A stretch of 63,876 nucleotides of DNA, counting the filler, from an uncultured bacterium (GTDB lineage Bacteria > Latescibacterota > UBA2968): NCBI GenBank assembly GCA_964471275.1. It is 3 parts of 3 records of this genome, joined end to end, with 100 filler letters (N's around TTAATTAATTAA, not from the genome) between each part and the next. Parts side by side here need not be neighbours in the genome. Positions count along the whole stretch, not along the records: positions 47,471 to 63,876 come from CAYYGZ010000092.1; 2 more parts are not named here. One strand, given 5' to 3'. A program made the translations under genes and the position numbers. Of the stretch, positions 51,892 to 62,640 are shown in pieces; the first letter of the stretch is position 1; each line of letters opens with the position of its first letter. The notes beneath the pieces were generated by a model, which searched no databases, was not told the origin of the DNA, and worked only from the letters and a program-made list of their open reading frames with translations.

Positions 51892-53049
51892 ATGCCACAG
51901 ATCACGGGAATCGAGTTCCGAGCATTTTCTGCCAGACATCACAACGCCAGCCGTAACTGGCTTGTGCTCAAGCTGTTGACTGATGACCCGGATCTCTTCG
52001 GCTGGGGTGACGCCAGCCCGATGCAGCACGACGCGGAAGTCAAGGCGATGGCCACAGCGTTCGTCAATCGCTACCTGGTTGGAAAAGATCCCCTCGACAG
52101 CGAAGTCCACTGGTCCACCCTCTACCACGATCCACACGCCCGCGGCGGTCGCATCGCCACCACGGCGCTATCAGGGATCGACATCGCGCTCTGGGACATC
52201 CGCGGCAAGAGCTTCGGGGTCCCGGTCTATCAGCTCCTCGGCGGCGCCCATCGGGATTGTATCCGGGTATACGCAAACGGTTGGTATACCAACCCGGGAA
52301 CACCTCAGCAGAACGCTGAAGAGGCCAGGGCCGTCACCGACGCCGGCTACACGGCTCTGAAGTTCGATCCCTTCGGGCAAGCCAACTACTACACGATTTC
52401 TCTATCTGAAGCCCAGCTGGCTGAGGACCGTGTGTCCGCCGTTCGCGAAGCCGTTGGACCGGACGTCGACATTCTAGTCGAAGCGCACGCGAAATTCGAC
52501 GTCATGAATGCGATACAACTGGGCAAGCGTTTGGAACCCTACCGACCGCTGGTTTACGAGGAGCCCGTCTCGGAAGAGAACATCTCCGAACTGCTTGAGG
52601 TAAGGAACAAGGTCAACATCCCGATCGCAACCGGCGAACGTCTCTACACAAAATTCCCGTTCGCTCAGATCGTGGAAGCTCACGCCGCGGATGTTCTCCA
52701 ACCTGACATCGCAAACGCCGGTGGGATCACGGAACTCAAGAAGATCGCGGCCATCGCCGAGACGAAGCACATCACGATGGCGCCTCACAACGTCTGCTCG
52801 CCCGTCGGCGCGATCGCAGAAATGCATCTCTGCGCGTCGATCCTCAACTTCGAAATCCAGGAATATCACGCGGAATACTACGATCCACATTACTTCACCG
52901 TCTTCGAAGGCTTCCCGCGCCAGCAGGAGGGATACGTGATGCTTTCAGATACGCCGGGACTCGGGATCGAAGCCAACGAGTCGGAACTGGCAGCACATCC
53001 GGCCTTGCCTCGCGTGCAGGCGCGCGGCGGCAGCACCAAAGGGATATAG
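51892..53049 (+). CDS. Mandelate racemase/galactonate dehydratase-like enolase-superfamily protein
   Basis: SGIDIALWDI, PVYQLLGG, KFDPF, EEP, TGER, QPD and APHN motifs. Confidence 0.92.
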   Translation: MPQITGIEFRAFSARHHNASRNWLVLKLLTDDPDLFGWGDASPMQHDAEVKAMATAFVNRYLVGKDPLDSEVHWSTLYHDPHARGGRIATTALSGIDIALWDIRGKSFGVPVYQLLGGAHRDCIRVYANGWYTNPGTPQQNAEEARAVTDAGYTALKFDPFGQANYYTISLSEAQLAEDRVSAVREAVGPDVDILVEAHAKFDVMNAIQLGKRLEPYRPLVYEEPVSEENISELLEVRNKVNIPIATGERLYTKFPFAQIVEAHAADVLQPDIANAGGITELKKIAAIAETKHITMAPHNVCSPVGAIAEMHLCASILNFEIQEYHAEYYDPHYFTVFEGFPRQQEGYVMLSDTPGLGIEANESELAAHPALPRVQARGGSTKGI

Positions 53050-53053
53050 GACG

Positions 53054-54925
53054 ATGCCGATCAATTCCCCCAAACTCTCCGACGTCATCATCTCCGACAC
53101 TTTCTGGGGGCCCAGACTGGCGACACTGCGTACGGTCACGCTTCCCACTCAGTACCAGCATCTCCAGGAGACGGGGCGAATCGCCTCGCTCGACCCGGAT
53201 CACGCACCGGGGGATGCTGACGCGCACCACAAATTCTGGGACTCGGACATTGCCAAGTGGATGGAGGCCGCCGCTTACTCGCTCAGTACGCATCCAGACG
53301 AAGAACTCGAGGACCAGCTCGAAGGTCTTGTGTCCGCCTATGCAAACCTGCAGTGCGAAGACGGCTACCTGAACAGCTGGTTCACAAAGGTCTATCCCGA
53401 CCGCAGATGGACCAACCTGCGTGATGATCACGAACTCTATTGCGCCGGACACCTGGTCGAAGCTGCCGTAGCGCATCAGAAGGCGACGGGCCGATCGGGT
53501 TTTGTCGACATCATGACCCGATACATCGCTTGCATCGCCGACACGTTCGGCACGGAGGAAGGGAAACGGCGAGGCTATCCCGGTCACGAGGAGATCGAAC
53601 TCGCTCTTGTCAGGCTATTCGACCTGACGCACGATGAGACACATCTGGCGCTTGCTCGCTATTTCACGGACGAACGTGGAAATCAACCACATTATTTCGA
53701 AGCAGAAGCCGATGCACGCGGCGATTCCCACGGCGTGCCCTGGGGAAGTCACGAGTACTTCCAGGCACACGTACCTGTCCGCAAACAGAGCATCGCAGTC
53801 GGACACGCGGTACGAGCGATGTATCTGTATACCGGGATGACCGAGCTCGCATCACTCACCCGTGATAAGGGGCTGTGGAAAGCCGTCCACGCACTCTGGG
53901 ACAACGTCTGCAACAAGCAGATGTATGTCACCGGAAGCGTCGGCGCGGCTGGACACGGTGAGCGCTTTACACACGACTATGACCTGCCCGAGGAAACCTC
54001 GTACTGCGAGACGTGCGCGGCCATCGGGCTCGTTTTCTGGAACCATCGTCTTCTCGCCCACTCCGGTGACGGTAGGTATGGTGATGTGATCGAGCGTGCC
54101 CTCTACAACGGCGTGCTCAGCGGAATCTCGCTCGCCGGAGACCGCTACTTCTACGTCAATCCCCTCGCCAGCGCCGGAACCCATCATCGTCAGGACTGGT
54201 TCGGCTGCGCGTGCTGTCCACCCAACATCGCCCGACTGCTCGCAAGTTTAGGTCAGTATGTCTACTCCGAGGGTGACGATGCCTGGGTAAACCTGTTCGT
54301 GGACGGTTCGGGCCGGCTGAAGGTAGCAGACACGACCGTCATCCTGACGCAGAAGACGAGCTATCCCTGGGACGGCGCAGTCAGGATCGGTGTGGATGTC
54401 GAATCGCAGGCGGAATTCGAAATCAACATCCGTCTGCCGGGTTGGTGTCGGGAGCCATCCATCGTTCTGAACGGCGACGCGGTGGACATCGAAGCCAGCA
54501 CGCGTAAGGGATATGCACACATCAATCGGAAGTGGAAATCTGGCGATGTCATCGAGGTCGACCTGCCCATGCCCGTCGAACGTATCTACGCGGACAGCCG
54601 CGTCCGGATGGCGAACGGAAAGGTAGCGCTACAGCGGGGGCCGATCGTATATTGTCTCGAGGAGACGGACAACGCCATCGCCCCGCTCAGCCGAGTCTCC
54701 CTGTCTCCCGGCGCAGAGATCACAACCCGGCACGATGGCAGCCTTCTCGGCGGGATCACCACGCTCTGCGGTGAGTGCCAGGTCGAGACGGACAGCGCCG
54801 ATGCTCTCTACAGCCATACGCGCCCTTCGTCGACGACCCTGACATTTACGGCCATTCCCTACTTCGGGTGGGATAACCGGGATGCGGGCCACATGTTGGT
54901 CTGGTTGCGTGAATCTTATCGATGA
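53054..54925 (+). CDS. GH127 beta-L-arabinofuranosidase-like glycoside hydrolase
   Basis: WDSD.AKW.EA, HELYCAGH, GHEEIELAL, GHAVR, YCETCA and CACCPPN motifs. Confidence 0.93.
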   Translation: MPINSPKLSDVIISDTFWGPRLATLRTVTLPTQYQHLQETGRIASLDPDHAPGDADAHHKFWDSDIAKWMEAAAYSLSTHPDEELEDQLEGLVSAYANLQCEDGYLNSWFTKVYPDRRWTNLRDDHELYCAGHLVEAAVAHQKATGRSGFVDIMTRYIACIADTFGTEEGKRRGYPGHEEIELALVRLFDLTHDETHLALARYFTDERGNQPHYFEAEADARGDSHGVPWGSHEYFQAHVPVRKQSIAVGHAVRAMYLYTGMTELASLTRDKGLWKAVHALWDNVCNKQMYVTGSVGAAGHGERFTHDYDLPEETSYCETCAAIGLVFWNHRLLAHSGDGRYGDVIERALYNGVLSGISLAGDRYFYVNPLASAGTHHRQDWFGCACCPPNIARLLASLGQYVYSEGDDAWVNLFVDGSGRLKVADTTVILTQKTSYPWDGAVRIGVDVESQAEFEINIRLPGWCREPSIVLNGDAVDIEASTRKGYAHINRKWKSGDVIEVDLPMPVERIYADSRVRMANGKVALQRGPIVYCLEETDNAIAPLSRVSLSPGAEITTRHDGSLLGGITTLCGECQVETDSADALYSHTRPSSTTLTFTAIPYFGWDNRDAGHMLVWLRESYR

Positions 54926-55555
54926 AGTTTGTGATATCCTGCAACGGGAGCTACGGGGATGTCTATCCGTTCATCGGGATCGGTCGATGCAGACACACGG
55001 CTCTTCGCAGACTGTCTGTGGCGATACCGTTTCGATAAGGAGATGCGGCTGGGTCGCCTCATCGACAAAATGGTCTACGAATTCCTCGAGGCTCCGCTCG
55101 CGCCCGAAGATCTTGCCTGACATTGACAGCTCGTCCAGTCGCTGGATCTGTCTGTTGCGGTCGGAGAAGCCATGCGCACCGCGTGGGAGTTCGCCCCCTG
55201 GATCGCCGAGCCCCGATCGCTCGGTGTCGCACAGTCCGATGTCGTGTGCTGCGACATTTCGAACACGATCAAGGTCAGCCATCTCTGCGAAGCGCATCGG
55301 ATCCCGGTTGCCCCGCACGTTGGCGTGTGCACTGGGGTCGGCATGGCCGCTACCTGGCAGGTGGTGGCGGCGATCCCGAACTTCCTGATACAGGAATACC
55401 AGCATCAGTTGACCCAACGCGCCAACAGCATCCTGGCCACCCCGCTCGAATCGCGCGATGGAAAACTGATCGTCCCAACGCGGCCCGGGATCGGCGTCGA
55501 CGTAGACGAAAAAGCGCTCCCAGATGTCACCGTCGACCGCATCACAGTAGTCTGA
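54922..55555 (+). pseudogene. Deletion chimera: GT1/GT28 glycosyltransferase N-terminus joined to the C-terminal half of an enolase-family gene
   Basis: ATGA-coupled start MKFVISCNGSYGDVYPFIGIGR, then DADTRLFADCLWRY...FLEAPLAPEDLA*H*...VAVGE...APH...PTRPGIGVDVDE. Confidence 0.72.
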
Positions 55556-55571
55556 CCCGGAGCGGCTCACG

Positions 55572-56990
55572 ATACCTCGACCGAACATCATTCAGATCGT
55601 TGCCGATGACATGGGCTACGGTGATTTTGGCGTCTTCAGCGAAGGTCGCGTCCACACGCCCAATCTCGACAGCCTCATCGACGAGGGACTGTGTCTGACG
55701 CAGCATTACTCGGGATCCCCCGTCTGTTCTCCCGCGCGCGCAGCCCTACTCACCGGCCGCTATCCACATCGTACCGGGGCAATCACACCTCTGGAGGTCC
55801 GCGGGCAGGATCGGATCGCCCTGCGAGAACGCACGCTCGGTGATGCGTTCAGCGATGCGGGATACGCGACCGGTCTGATCGGGAAATGGCACAATGGCGC
55901 CCTGGATGACCGCTACCATCCGAACGCACGCGGCTTCGATGAGTTCCTCGGCTTTCGTGGTGGCTGGATGGACTACTGGGATTGGCAGATCGAGCGAAAC
56001 GGGAGGCGAGAGAAGTCGGACGGACGATACCTGACCGATGTCTTTACCGATGAGGCCATCTCCTATGTCAGGCGTCATCAGTCCCGACCATTCCTGCTCT
56101 GTTTGATGTACAACGCACCGCATTCTCCGCTGCACGCGCCAGACGAAGTTACCGCTCGGTACATCGAGGCCGGTCATCCAGAGAGCGTCGCAATGACCTA
56201 CGCCATGATCGAACAGATGGATCTTGGCATGGGTCGAATCCTCACAGAACTCGATAGCCTGGGACTCACGGAAAACACGCTCATCTCGTTCACAAGCGAC
56301 AACGGGCCGGCAATGCGATTGCGGGACGATCAGGTCCCGGATGGCGTCAGTGTCGACACGCAGCGACCGAACGCCGGCTATCGTGGCGCAAAAGGATCGG
56401 TCTACGAGGGCGGAATTCGAGTGCCCTGGATCGGTCGCTGGCCCGCAGGTCTGGAAGGGGGGCGCTGCGACGACCTGATCCACTTCACTGATTGGGTACC
56501 CACACTCACCGGGTTGGCCGGTGTGTCGCTGCCGATTGAGGCACAGCCGCTTGACGGACGAAATGTCATCGATACGCTTCGCGGGGGGTGCCCGGACGAT
56601 CGCACTCGTTTCTGGCAGTGGAATGGCTACAGCCCCGTTTACACATCAAACGCCGCGATGCGCGACGGTCACTGGAAGCTTGTTCGACCCGCCCTGGCCA
56701 TTCAGCCTGCCGATGATGCGGCGAAGGCCGCTATGGCTCGCTATGTCGATGTGGACATAGCCTATAAGTACCACCCCGAGACGGTTACGGAATTGATGGC
56801 CGATCCCGACCCAGATCGTATCATCCCGCCCCCCTTGCCCGTCGAACTCTACGACATCGCTGCCGATCCGTCAGAAACCGCCAATCTTGCCGAACAGAAC
56901 CCCGACCGCGTATCCGCGATGCTCACCACGCTGGAATCCTGGTGCGAAGAAGTTGAGAGCGATCGTCTGTCCTGTACAGAAACCAACTAA
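55572..56990 (+). CDS. Arylsulfatase (S1, formylglycine-dependent); start uncertain (ATA)
   Basis: PNIIQIVADDMGYGD, CSPARAALLTGR, GKWH, SDNG and YEGGIRVP motifs. Confidence 0.9.
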   Translation: MPRPNIIQIVADDMGYGDFGVFSEGRVHTPNLDSLIDEGLCLTQHYSGSPVCSPARAALLTGRYPHRTGAITPLEVRGQDRIALRERTLGDAFSDAGYATGLIGKWHNGALDDRYHPNARGFDEFLGFRGGWMDYWDWQIERNGRREKSDGRYLTDVFTDEAISYVRRHQSRPFLLCLMYNAPHSPLHAPDEVTARYIEAGHPESVAMTYAMIEQMDLGMGRILTELDSLGLTENTLISFTSDNGPAMRLRDDQVPDGVSVDTQRPNAGYRGAKGSVYEGGIRVPWIGRWPAGLEGGRCDDLIHFTDWVPTLTGLAGVSLPIEAQPLDGRNVIDTLRGGCPDDRTRFWQWNGYSPVYTSNAAMRDGHWKLVRPALAIQPADDAAKAAMARYVDVDIAYKYHPETVTELMADPDPDRIIPPPLPVELYDIAADPSETANLAEQNPDRVSAMLTTLESWCEEVESDRLSCTETN

Positions 56991-57121
56991 TACGACCTGC
57001 CGTGGGGTCCGGGATCCAGTGGGTTCTGGGACTTGACGCCGCAGGAAAGCCCTACTCCTTGAAGGATACAGTACGCCTAACGCGTTGCAGTAACTGATGA
57101 GTTAATTGCGCATAGTTCTGA

Positions 57122-58078
57122 CTAGTCTCCTAGCCCGGCCTCGTCGGGTACCGGCTGTCCCACCTTGTCATCCCACCAGGCTTCTCGAATCACCGACCGC
57201 ATGCCCGGCGTGGCCAGCTGGAAATTCCTTCCCACTGGCTGCGGCTCGGGGAACCACTTCCACAGGAAGCTGCCGACAATCGCCGGCTCTGATGCAGCAC
57301 GCAGCGACTGATTGTATCCCAGCTCGGTCAGCACAACGGGACGGCCGACTCGCTTGGCATATCGTGCCAGCCGGAAAGCAAGCTTCTGCCAGCCTGCTTC
57401 CAACTCCTTTCTGGAGGGATTGGGCTTCGCGCTAATCGGGAAATACGACTGGATTCCGATCAGATCGAGGGCATCTCAGAACGGCACGTTCTCAAAAGAA
57501 TCCCAGTTCGATGCAAACGTGACCGACGCCGTTTTCCGGGCTCTCACCCGCGAGATCAGGCTCCTCCATTCGGACTCGTGTCCCACCGTTCGATCCAGCT
57601 CGGTACCGACGATAAACAGATCGGCATCCGCGCAGGCATCTGCCATCGCGAAGATCCAGGTTATGTAACCTTCCCAGAACCGATCCCACTCCTCCGGCTT
57701 ATCAAAGCCAATCTCACCTCGCCACGAGAAACCGGATCGCCAGTGCGCCAGATGGGGTTTGATACACACCTTCAAGCCCATCTCGTGGGCCACACGAATC
57801 GGTTCTGTCCAGTAGGCACGGACCTCGCCTTTCCTGCCGCGCGATGACACAGTGCCATCCTGCTGGATACGCGCATACGGATGGACGGCGACCCAGTTTG
57901 CTCCCGCCTGTTTCATCTGTGCGAACGACCCCCGCAGCACGGCTGGATCCCCCAATTCGCGCCCGGCCCTGTGTGTCGACAGCGTGATCCCCCGGACATT
58001 GCTCAACGGTTCGGCACAGATCGATCCGACCAGAATGCCGAGAGCCAGTAGACTGATCAGTGACGAGCTTGCATTCAT
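57122..58078 (-). pseudogene. GH113-like secreted TIM-barrel glycoside hydrolase with a nonsense codon
   Basis: Signal peptide, IKPHL, IVGTEL, ASNWD..VPF*DALDLIGIQSYFP (TGA at 57476-57478 where Trp is expected), LTELGY and FLWKW. Confidence 0.75.
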
Positions 58079-58148
58079 CCGACCGTTTATCTTCATTAGT
58101 GCTTTCAGCAAGTGGTTGCCCTTCCTGAACACATTACGAGGTCAGAAA

Positions 58149-59723
58149 ATGGCTATCAAAGTGGCCGTCATCGGTGCGGGAAGCATCGGATTCACCCGCC
58201 GGCTAATGGGCGACATCTTGATGGTGCCTGAACTGCAGGACACGGAATTTGCGTTCCACGACATCAACCGCAACAACCTCGACATGATCTCTCAGCTCGC
58301 AAGGCGAGATATCAAGTCGAACAAGCTGCCCGCCAGGCTGACGACATCCGTGAACCGTCGCAGGGCCCTGGACGGAGCGGACTACGTTCTGAACACGACA
58401 CGCATTGGCGGGCTCAATGCCTTCCAGCTTGACATCGACATCCCGCTCAAATACGGTGTCGACCAGTGCGTAGGCGACACGCTATGTGCTGGCGGTATCA
58501 TGTACGGGCAGCGTAACATTCCCCAAGTACTGGGTTTTTGTAAAGACATACGCGAAGTCTCTGCGGAGGACGCGATCTTCCTCAACTACGCCAATCCTAT
58601 GGCCATGAATACCTGGGCAGCGCTCCAGTATGGGGGAGTCCAGACGCTCGGCCTGTGCCACGGCGTCCAGGGCGGTCATCATCAGATCGTCCAGGTCATA
58701 GAGGGACTGGTCAACAGGTGGAAACCGCGCACGAGTAAGGGCTTTCGGCCCGTCACCAAGCAGGAAGTCGACATCGTGTGTGTTGGCATCAACCATCAGA
58801 CGTGGTATACGCAGATTCTGTATGACGGCAAAGACTGGACGGGTCGTCTGCTCGAAGGCTTCGAGCGACATCCGACCTACCGGAAGACGGAGAAGGTGAG
58901 GATCGACATCCTCCGGCGGTTCGGTTACTACACAACAGAATCGAACGGACACGTCTCCGAGTATGTGCCCTGGTATCGGAAGCGGACAGATGAAATCAAG
59001 GAGTGGATTGACCTTCGGGGTTGGATCCACGGCGAAACAGGCGGATACCTCCGTGTGAGCACCGAAGGACGAAACTGGTTCGAAACCGACTTCCCGAACT
59101 GGGTGAAGCAGGATCCACCCGACTACTCGGAGGGACGGCGATCCGAGGAGCACGGCAGCTGGATCATTGAGGGGAGGGAAACAGGCCGCACTTACCGTGG
59201 TCACTTCAACGTCCGGAACAGCGGGACGATCACCAATCTTCCGGACGAAGCCATCGTCGAGGTGCCCGGGTATATCGACAGGAATGGGGTCAACATCCCC
59301 AAAGTCGGTGACCTTCCCCTTGGGTGCGCTGCTGTCTGCAACGCCTCGATCCAGGTCCAGAAACTCGCGGTCGAAGCAGCCGTGCACGGTGACGTCGACC
59401 TGCTCAAACAGGCCTTCATGATGGACCCACTCGTCGGGGCCGTCTGTTCGCCCCCTGAGATTTGGCAAATGGTCGACAAGATGCTCGTCGCCCAGTCCAA
59501 GTGGCTCCCACAATACAGGCGAGCTGTCGCCCCTGCTCGCAAACGTCTAGCATCTGAGAGATCTCTGGGTACTCGCAAGACCAGGGGGGCCGCACGACTG
59601 AAGACCAAATCCGTCACCGAAATGCGCAAAGATCGCGCCGCCGCACGCCGCAACGCGGATGCAGCCGACAAAGGCAACCTGATGGGTAAGAAGAAGGCCA
59701 GGGCCAAGTCCGCTGCCGGCTAA
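58149..59723 (+). CDS. melA: GH4 alpha-galactosidase (MelA-like)
   Basis: VIGAGSIGF, IPLKYGVDQCVGDT, LNYANPM, GLCH and TESNGH motifs. Confidence 0.88.
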   Translation: MAIKVAVIGAGSIGFTRRLMGDILMVPELQDTEFAFHDINRNNLDMISQLARRDIKSNKLPARLTTSVNRRRALDGADYVLNTTRIGGLNAFQLDIDIPLKYGVDQCVGDTLCAGGIMYGQRNIPQVLGFCKDIREVSAEDAIFLNYANPMAMNTWAALQYGGVQTLGLCHGVQGGHHQIVQVIEGLVNRWKPRTSKGFRPVTKQEVDIVCVGINHQTWYTQILYDGKDWTGRLLEGFERHPTYRKTEKVRIDILRRFGYYTTESNGHVSEYVPWYRKRTDEIKEWIDLRGWIHGETGGYLRVSTEGRNWFETDFPNWVKQDPPDYSEGRRSEEHGSWIIEGRETGRTYRGHFNVRNSGTITNLPDEAIVEVPGYIDRNGVNIPKVGDLPLGCAAVCNASIQVQKLAVEAAVHGDVDLLKQAFMMDPLVGAVCSPPEIWQMVDKMLVAQSKWLPQYRRAVAPARKRLASERSLGTRKTRGAARLKTKSVTEMRKDRAAARRNADAADKGNLMGKKKARAKSAAG

Positions 59724-59841
59724 CGGCTGCCCGTAGCGTGCTCTCGTGCTCCGAGTGCAGGACACGGCACCCCCTGCCACACGCCCCTTGCTCCACGCGC
59801 CCCACCTTCAGTCGAAGGTACTTAACAGAAAGCGGCGAAGA

Positions 59842-60570
59842 ATGCTCGGCGACATCCGCAACATCGACGGTGAAAGAATCGACTACACTTTCCACGCAGG
59901 CAATCCTGGTGAGAACTTTATCGTTGTCATCGGTCACGGCGTCACGGGAAACAAGGACAGACCCTTTGTCGTCGCGCTGGCCGATGCGCTCGCAGCTGAC
60001 AGGATCCCGACCCTGCGGATTTCCTTCAGTGGGAATGGGGACTCTGAAGGAACATTCGAGGAATCCACTATTTCCAAGGAAGTGGAAGATCTCTGCTGTG
60101 TGATCGACGCCCTCGAGGACTGGAACGTCCTCTACATCGGGCACAGCATGGGTAGCGCTGTCGGAGTCTTGCGGGCAAGCAAGGATACGCGCATCCTCGC
60201 CCTGGTGTCTCTCGCCGGCATGGTGAACACCGATCAGTTCGCGCAAACCGAGTTCGGTGATGTGACGCCGGATGCGGGGAACATGTGGGACGAGCCGACC
60301 TGCCCCCTGTCAAGTGCATATATGGATGACATGAGAATGATCGGATCGGTCGTCACCCGCGCCGCTTCGATCCTGGTTCCCTGGCTGCTCGTCCACGGTA
60401 CCGATGATGATGTTGTTCCCCTGCAGGATTCGTTCGACATCCTCGAACGTGCCAATGAGCCCAAGCAGCTCGTACAGATCGAGGGTTCAGATCATGTGTT
60501 CTCGAGCCACACACCCGAAATGATTGGGATCGTCCTCCCGTGGATCCGCGAACAAATCGGACGCACCTAG
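59842..60570 (+). CDS. Alpha/beta hydrolase
   Basis: HGVTGNKD, GHSMG, HGTDDDVV and GSDHVF motifs. Confidence 0.9.
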   Translation: MLGDIRNIDGERIDYTFHAGNPGENFIVVIGHGVTGNKDRPFVVALADALAADRIPTLRISFSGNGDSEGTFEESTISKEVEDLCCVIDALEDWNVLYIGHSMGSAVGVLRASKDTRILALVSLAGMVNTDQFAQTEFGDVTPDAGNMWDEPTCPLSSAYMDDMRMIGSVVTRAASILVPWLLVHGTDDDVVPLQDSFDILERANEPKQLVQIEGSDHVFSSHTPEMIGIVLPWIREQIGRT

Positions 60571-61052
60571 TGTGTCCAGTATCATGATAGTGCTGACACA
60601 TTGGCCAGTAGGTAGGGCTGATTTGGAATCGCTGCTTTCTCTACACGCTGTTGATGACACGGTCTCGAGTCTGGATCTGCCTCAGTCCCGGAACGGGGCG
60701 ACTGCAGCTAGCCTGCAGGGCAAGCGTCAGGATTGGACGAACACTCGTGAGCCGCGTCGCGATGACCTCTCGGAACCTGAAAAGGAATTGCCCCGGCGCG
60801 AATCCTGCAAACACGTGCGTCCGATGCGGTAGAGCGTCCAACTCCAACGCATCTGAACGGTAAACACCATTCTGAATCAGGACAACCTGGTGGACCATTC
60901 CAGCAGTCCATTGACCCCGACGCTGCTCACCCGGGCAGACACCGTTCATCCCAAATGATTGGGCACGTCTCTCTACCCAATTGCATCGAGTGACGCCATT
61001 CGCCCCCCAGGACGCCTTTCCGTACGCAGCATCTGTATTCGGGCAACTTACG

Positions 61053-61070
61053 ATGGGTTATATAACCCAT
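61053..61070. promoter_or_regulatory. Perfect 18-bp palindrome, candidate operator
   Basis: ATGGGTTATATAACCCAT, 20 nt upstream of TTGACA at 61091. Confidence 0.55.
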
Positions 61071-61214
61071 AAAGCAATGAGCCGGCAAACTTGACAAATA
61101 AGGGCAAAGTGTATTGATTGTGGTCTGTCCAGAAGCCGGACCACCATCACATAAACTAATGTAAATCAAGCGGATACTACGTGGCCGTCCGGGTAGACAC
61201 GAAAGGATATCAGC

Positions 61215-61406
61215 ATGTCCGAAGAGAAGATGACCCTCGCCGAACGGAAAGCGAAGGAGCGTGAAGAACGCACTAAGCTAATCCGTAAGGCGAGCAAGGG
61301 GGACAAGAAGGCGCTGAAGGTCCTCGCGGGCCCACCATATCACATGAAGGTGTTTACGCCCGAAGAGCGAGAAGAATTCGTCAAGCAGCAGGAGGAGCAG
61401 GCCTAG
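61215..61406 (+). CDS. Small charged protein of unknown function (63 aa)
   Basis: GAAAGGA RBS, coding-like codon usage and its own terminator. Confidence 0.75.
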   Translation: MSEEKMTLAERKAKEREERTKLIRKASKGDKKALKVLAGPPYHMKVFTPEEREEFVKQQEEQA

Positions 61407-61431
61407 ACACCCCGGTAATCTGGTGATCTTG

Positions 61432-61468
61432 AAAGGGCGACGCTTAAGCGTCGCCTTTTTCTTTTTTT
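61432..61468 (+). terminator. Rho-independent terminator
   Basis: AAAGGGCGACGC-TTAA-GCGTCGCCTTTT followed by a T-tract. Confidence 0.9.
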
Positions 61469-62640
61469 ACTCGGTCATCACACGTTCGATGCGAAGGGCC
61501 TTGACCGGGACCACGTCGTTGGGAAGCACAACAACGTGAATCGGCCCATCCACCTCTAGAGCAAAGTTCACTGTTGACCGGTCCCGGGCAAAGGGTACCA
61601 GATTCCAGAAAGAGGCAACACGGGCCTCGACCTGCGGCGAAAAATAGGTCTCTGGCAGGGGTTGATCTAGATCCCGCCATCCTTCCTCCAACCACCGGTC
61701 AGCCATTCGTGCAAGCCCTTCAGCATCTGTCTTGATCCGCTCGTAGCCGGTAAAGACTGCGACGACATTCCCCTCCGGCTCCCGGACAACCCAGTCCCAC
61801 TTCGACACATCTTCTCTAACGAGCCTGAGAGAATACCGCCCTGCCTTGAACCCATCCAGCGTCATCGACACCGCATCGCCGGGGAGATCGCTCTCGAAAA
61901 CGATGGCCGATCCTCTCGTCCCCGTGTCGCCTGCAGCGTCCACTCGGTCGCCGTAGGTGCCACCCCTCGTCGCCAGAGCACATTCACATACTGCATCGCC
62001 ACGGCCAAGCCGACCGTCACGAATCGGTGGCAGGATTGGCTCAGGCTGTTGATCAGGGGGACAGTGTAGCATATCCCCCCTCGGACACCGAACATCGTAT
62101 GCTGAACCGTATGGACGGCTCTCACACCCTTGGTGTTCTTCTCGAGCTCGAGTCTCGGTGTTACATCGACCTGCCCCCGGAACAGAGGAAGCATCGGCGA
62201 TTTGTATACCTGTCTCACGCCGCGCCTCGGGATATCCGGCAAGCTGACCAGGGCATAATGCCAGTCATCGGGGTCACGTGTGTATCGGGGAACCTGATAG
62301 GCATAACTGCCCGAGAGGACATCATCGTAGAGTGCGGTCCTGCCGGTCAGGATTGGTGCGAGTGCAACCAGCACCACAGCGTACCGCCACTGATCACAAG
62401 AAACCACCGACCCCACAAGACCCAGAACCACCAGCACCCAGAAACCCCAGACTGCTGAGGTCAGACCATCACCGGACACAAAGTCGACAAAGTGGATCGC
62501 AGAGTGATGGAGGCCCAGGCCAGCCAGAGGGTTGTGAGTCTCTTCGTGATCCTTCCTGGAAGGTCACTGAAACCGAATCGCTCTCCCGAGTGTTCTCCCA
62601 TTCCTTCCGCACCCTCTTCTTCGGCATCGCTCATCGTCAT
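61467..62640 (-). pseudogene. Hypothetical membrane-anchored protein apparently split by two frameshifts
   Basis: ATG 62640 overlaps the upstream stop; three consecutive overlapping ORFs (ending at 62461, 61862 and 61467), with a G6 run near 62075-62080 at the second junction. Confidence 0.4.

Noticed and set aside
57476..57478. TGA-to-Trp genetic code reassignment
   Set aside because: TGA ends many intact genes in the window and TGG is used for Trp throughout
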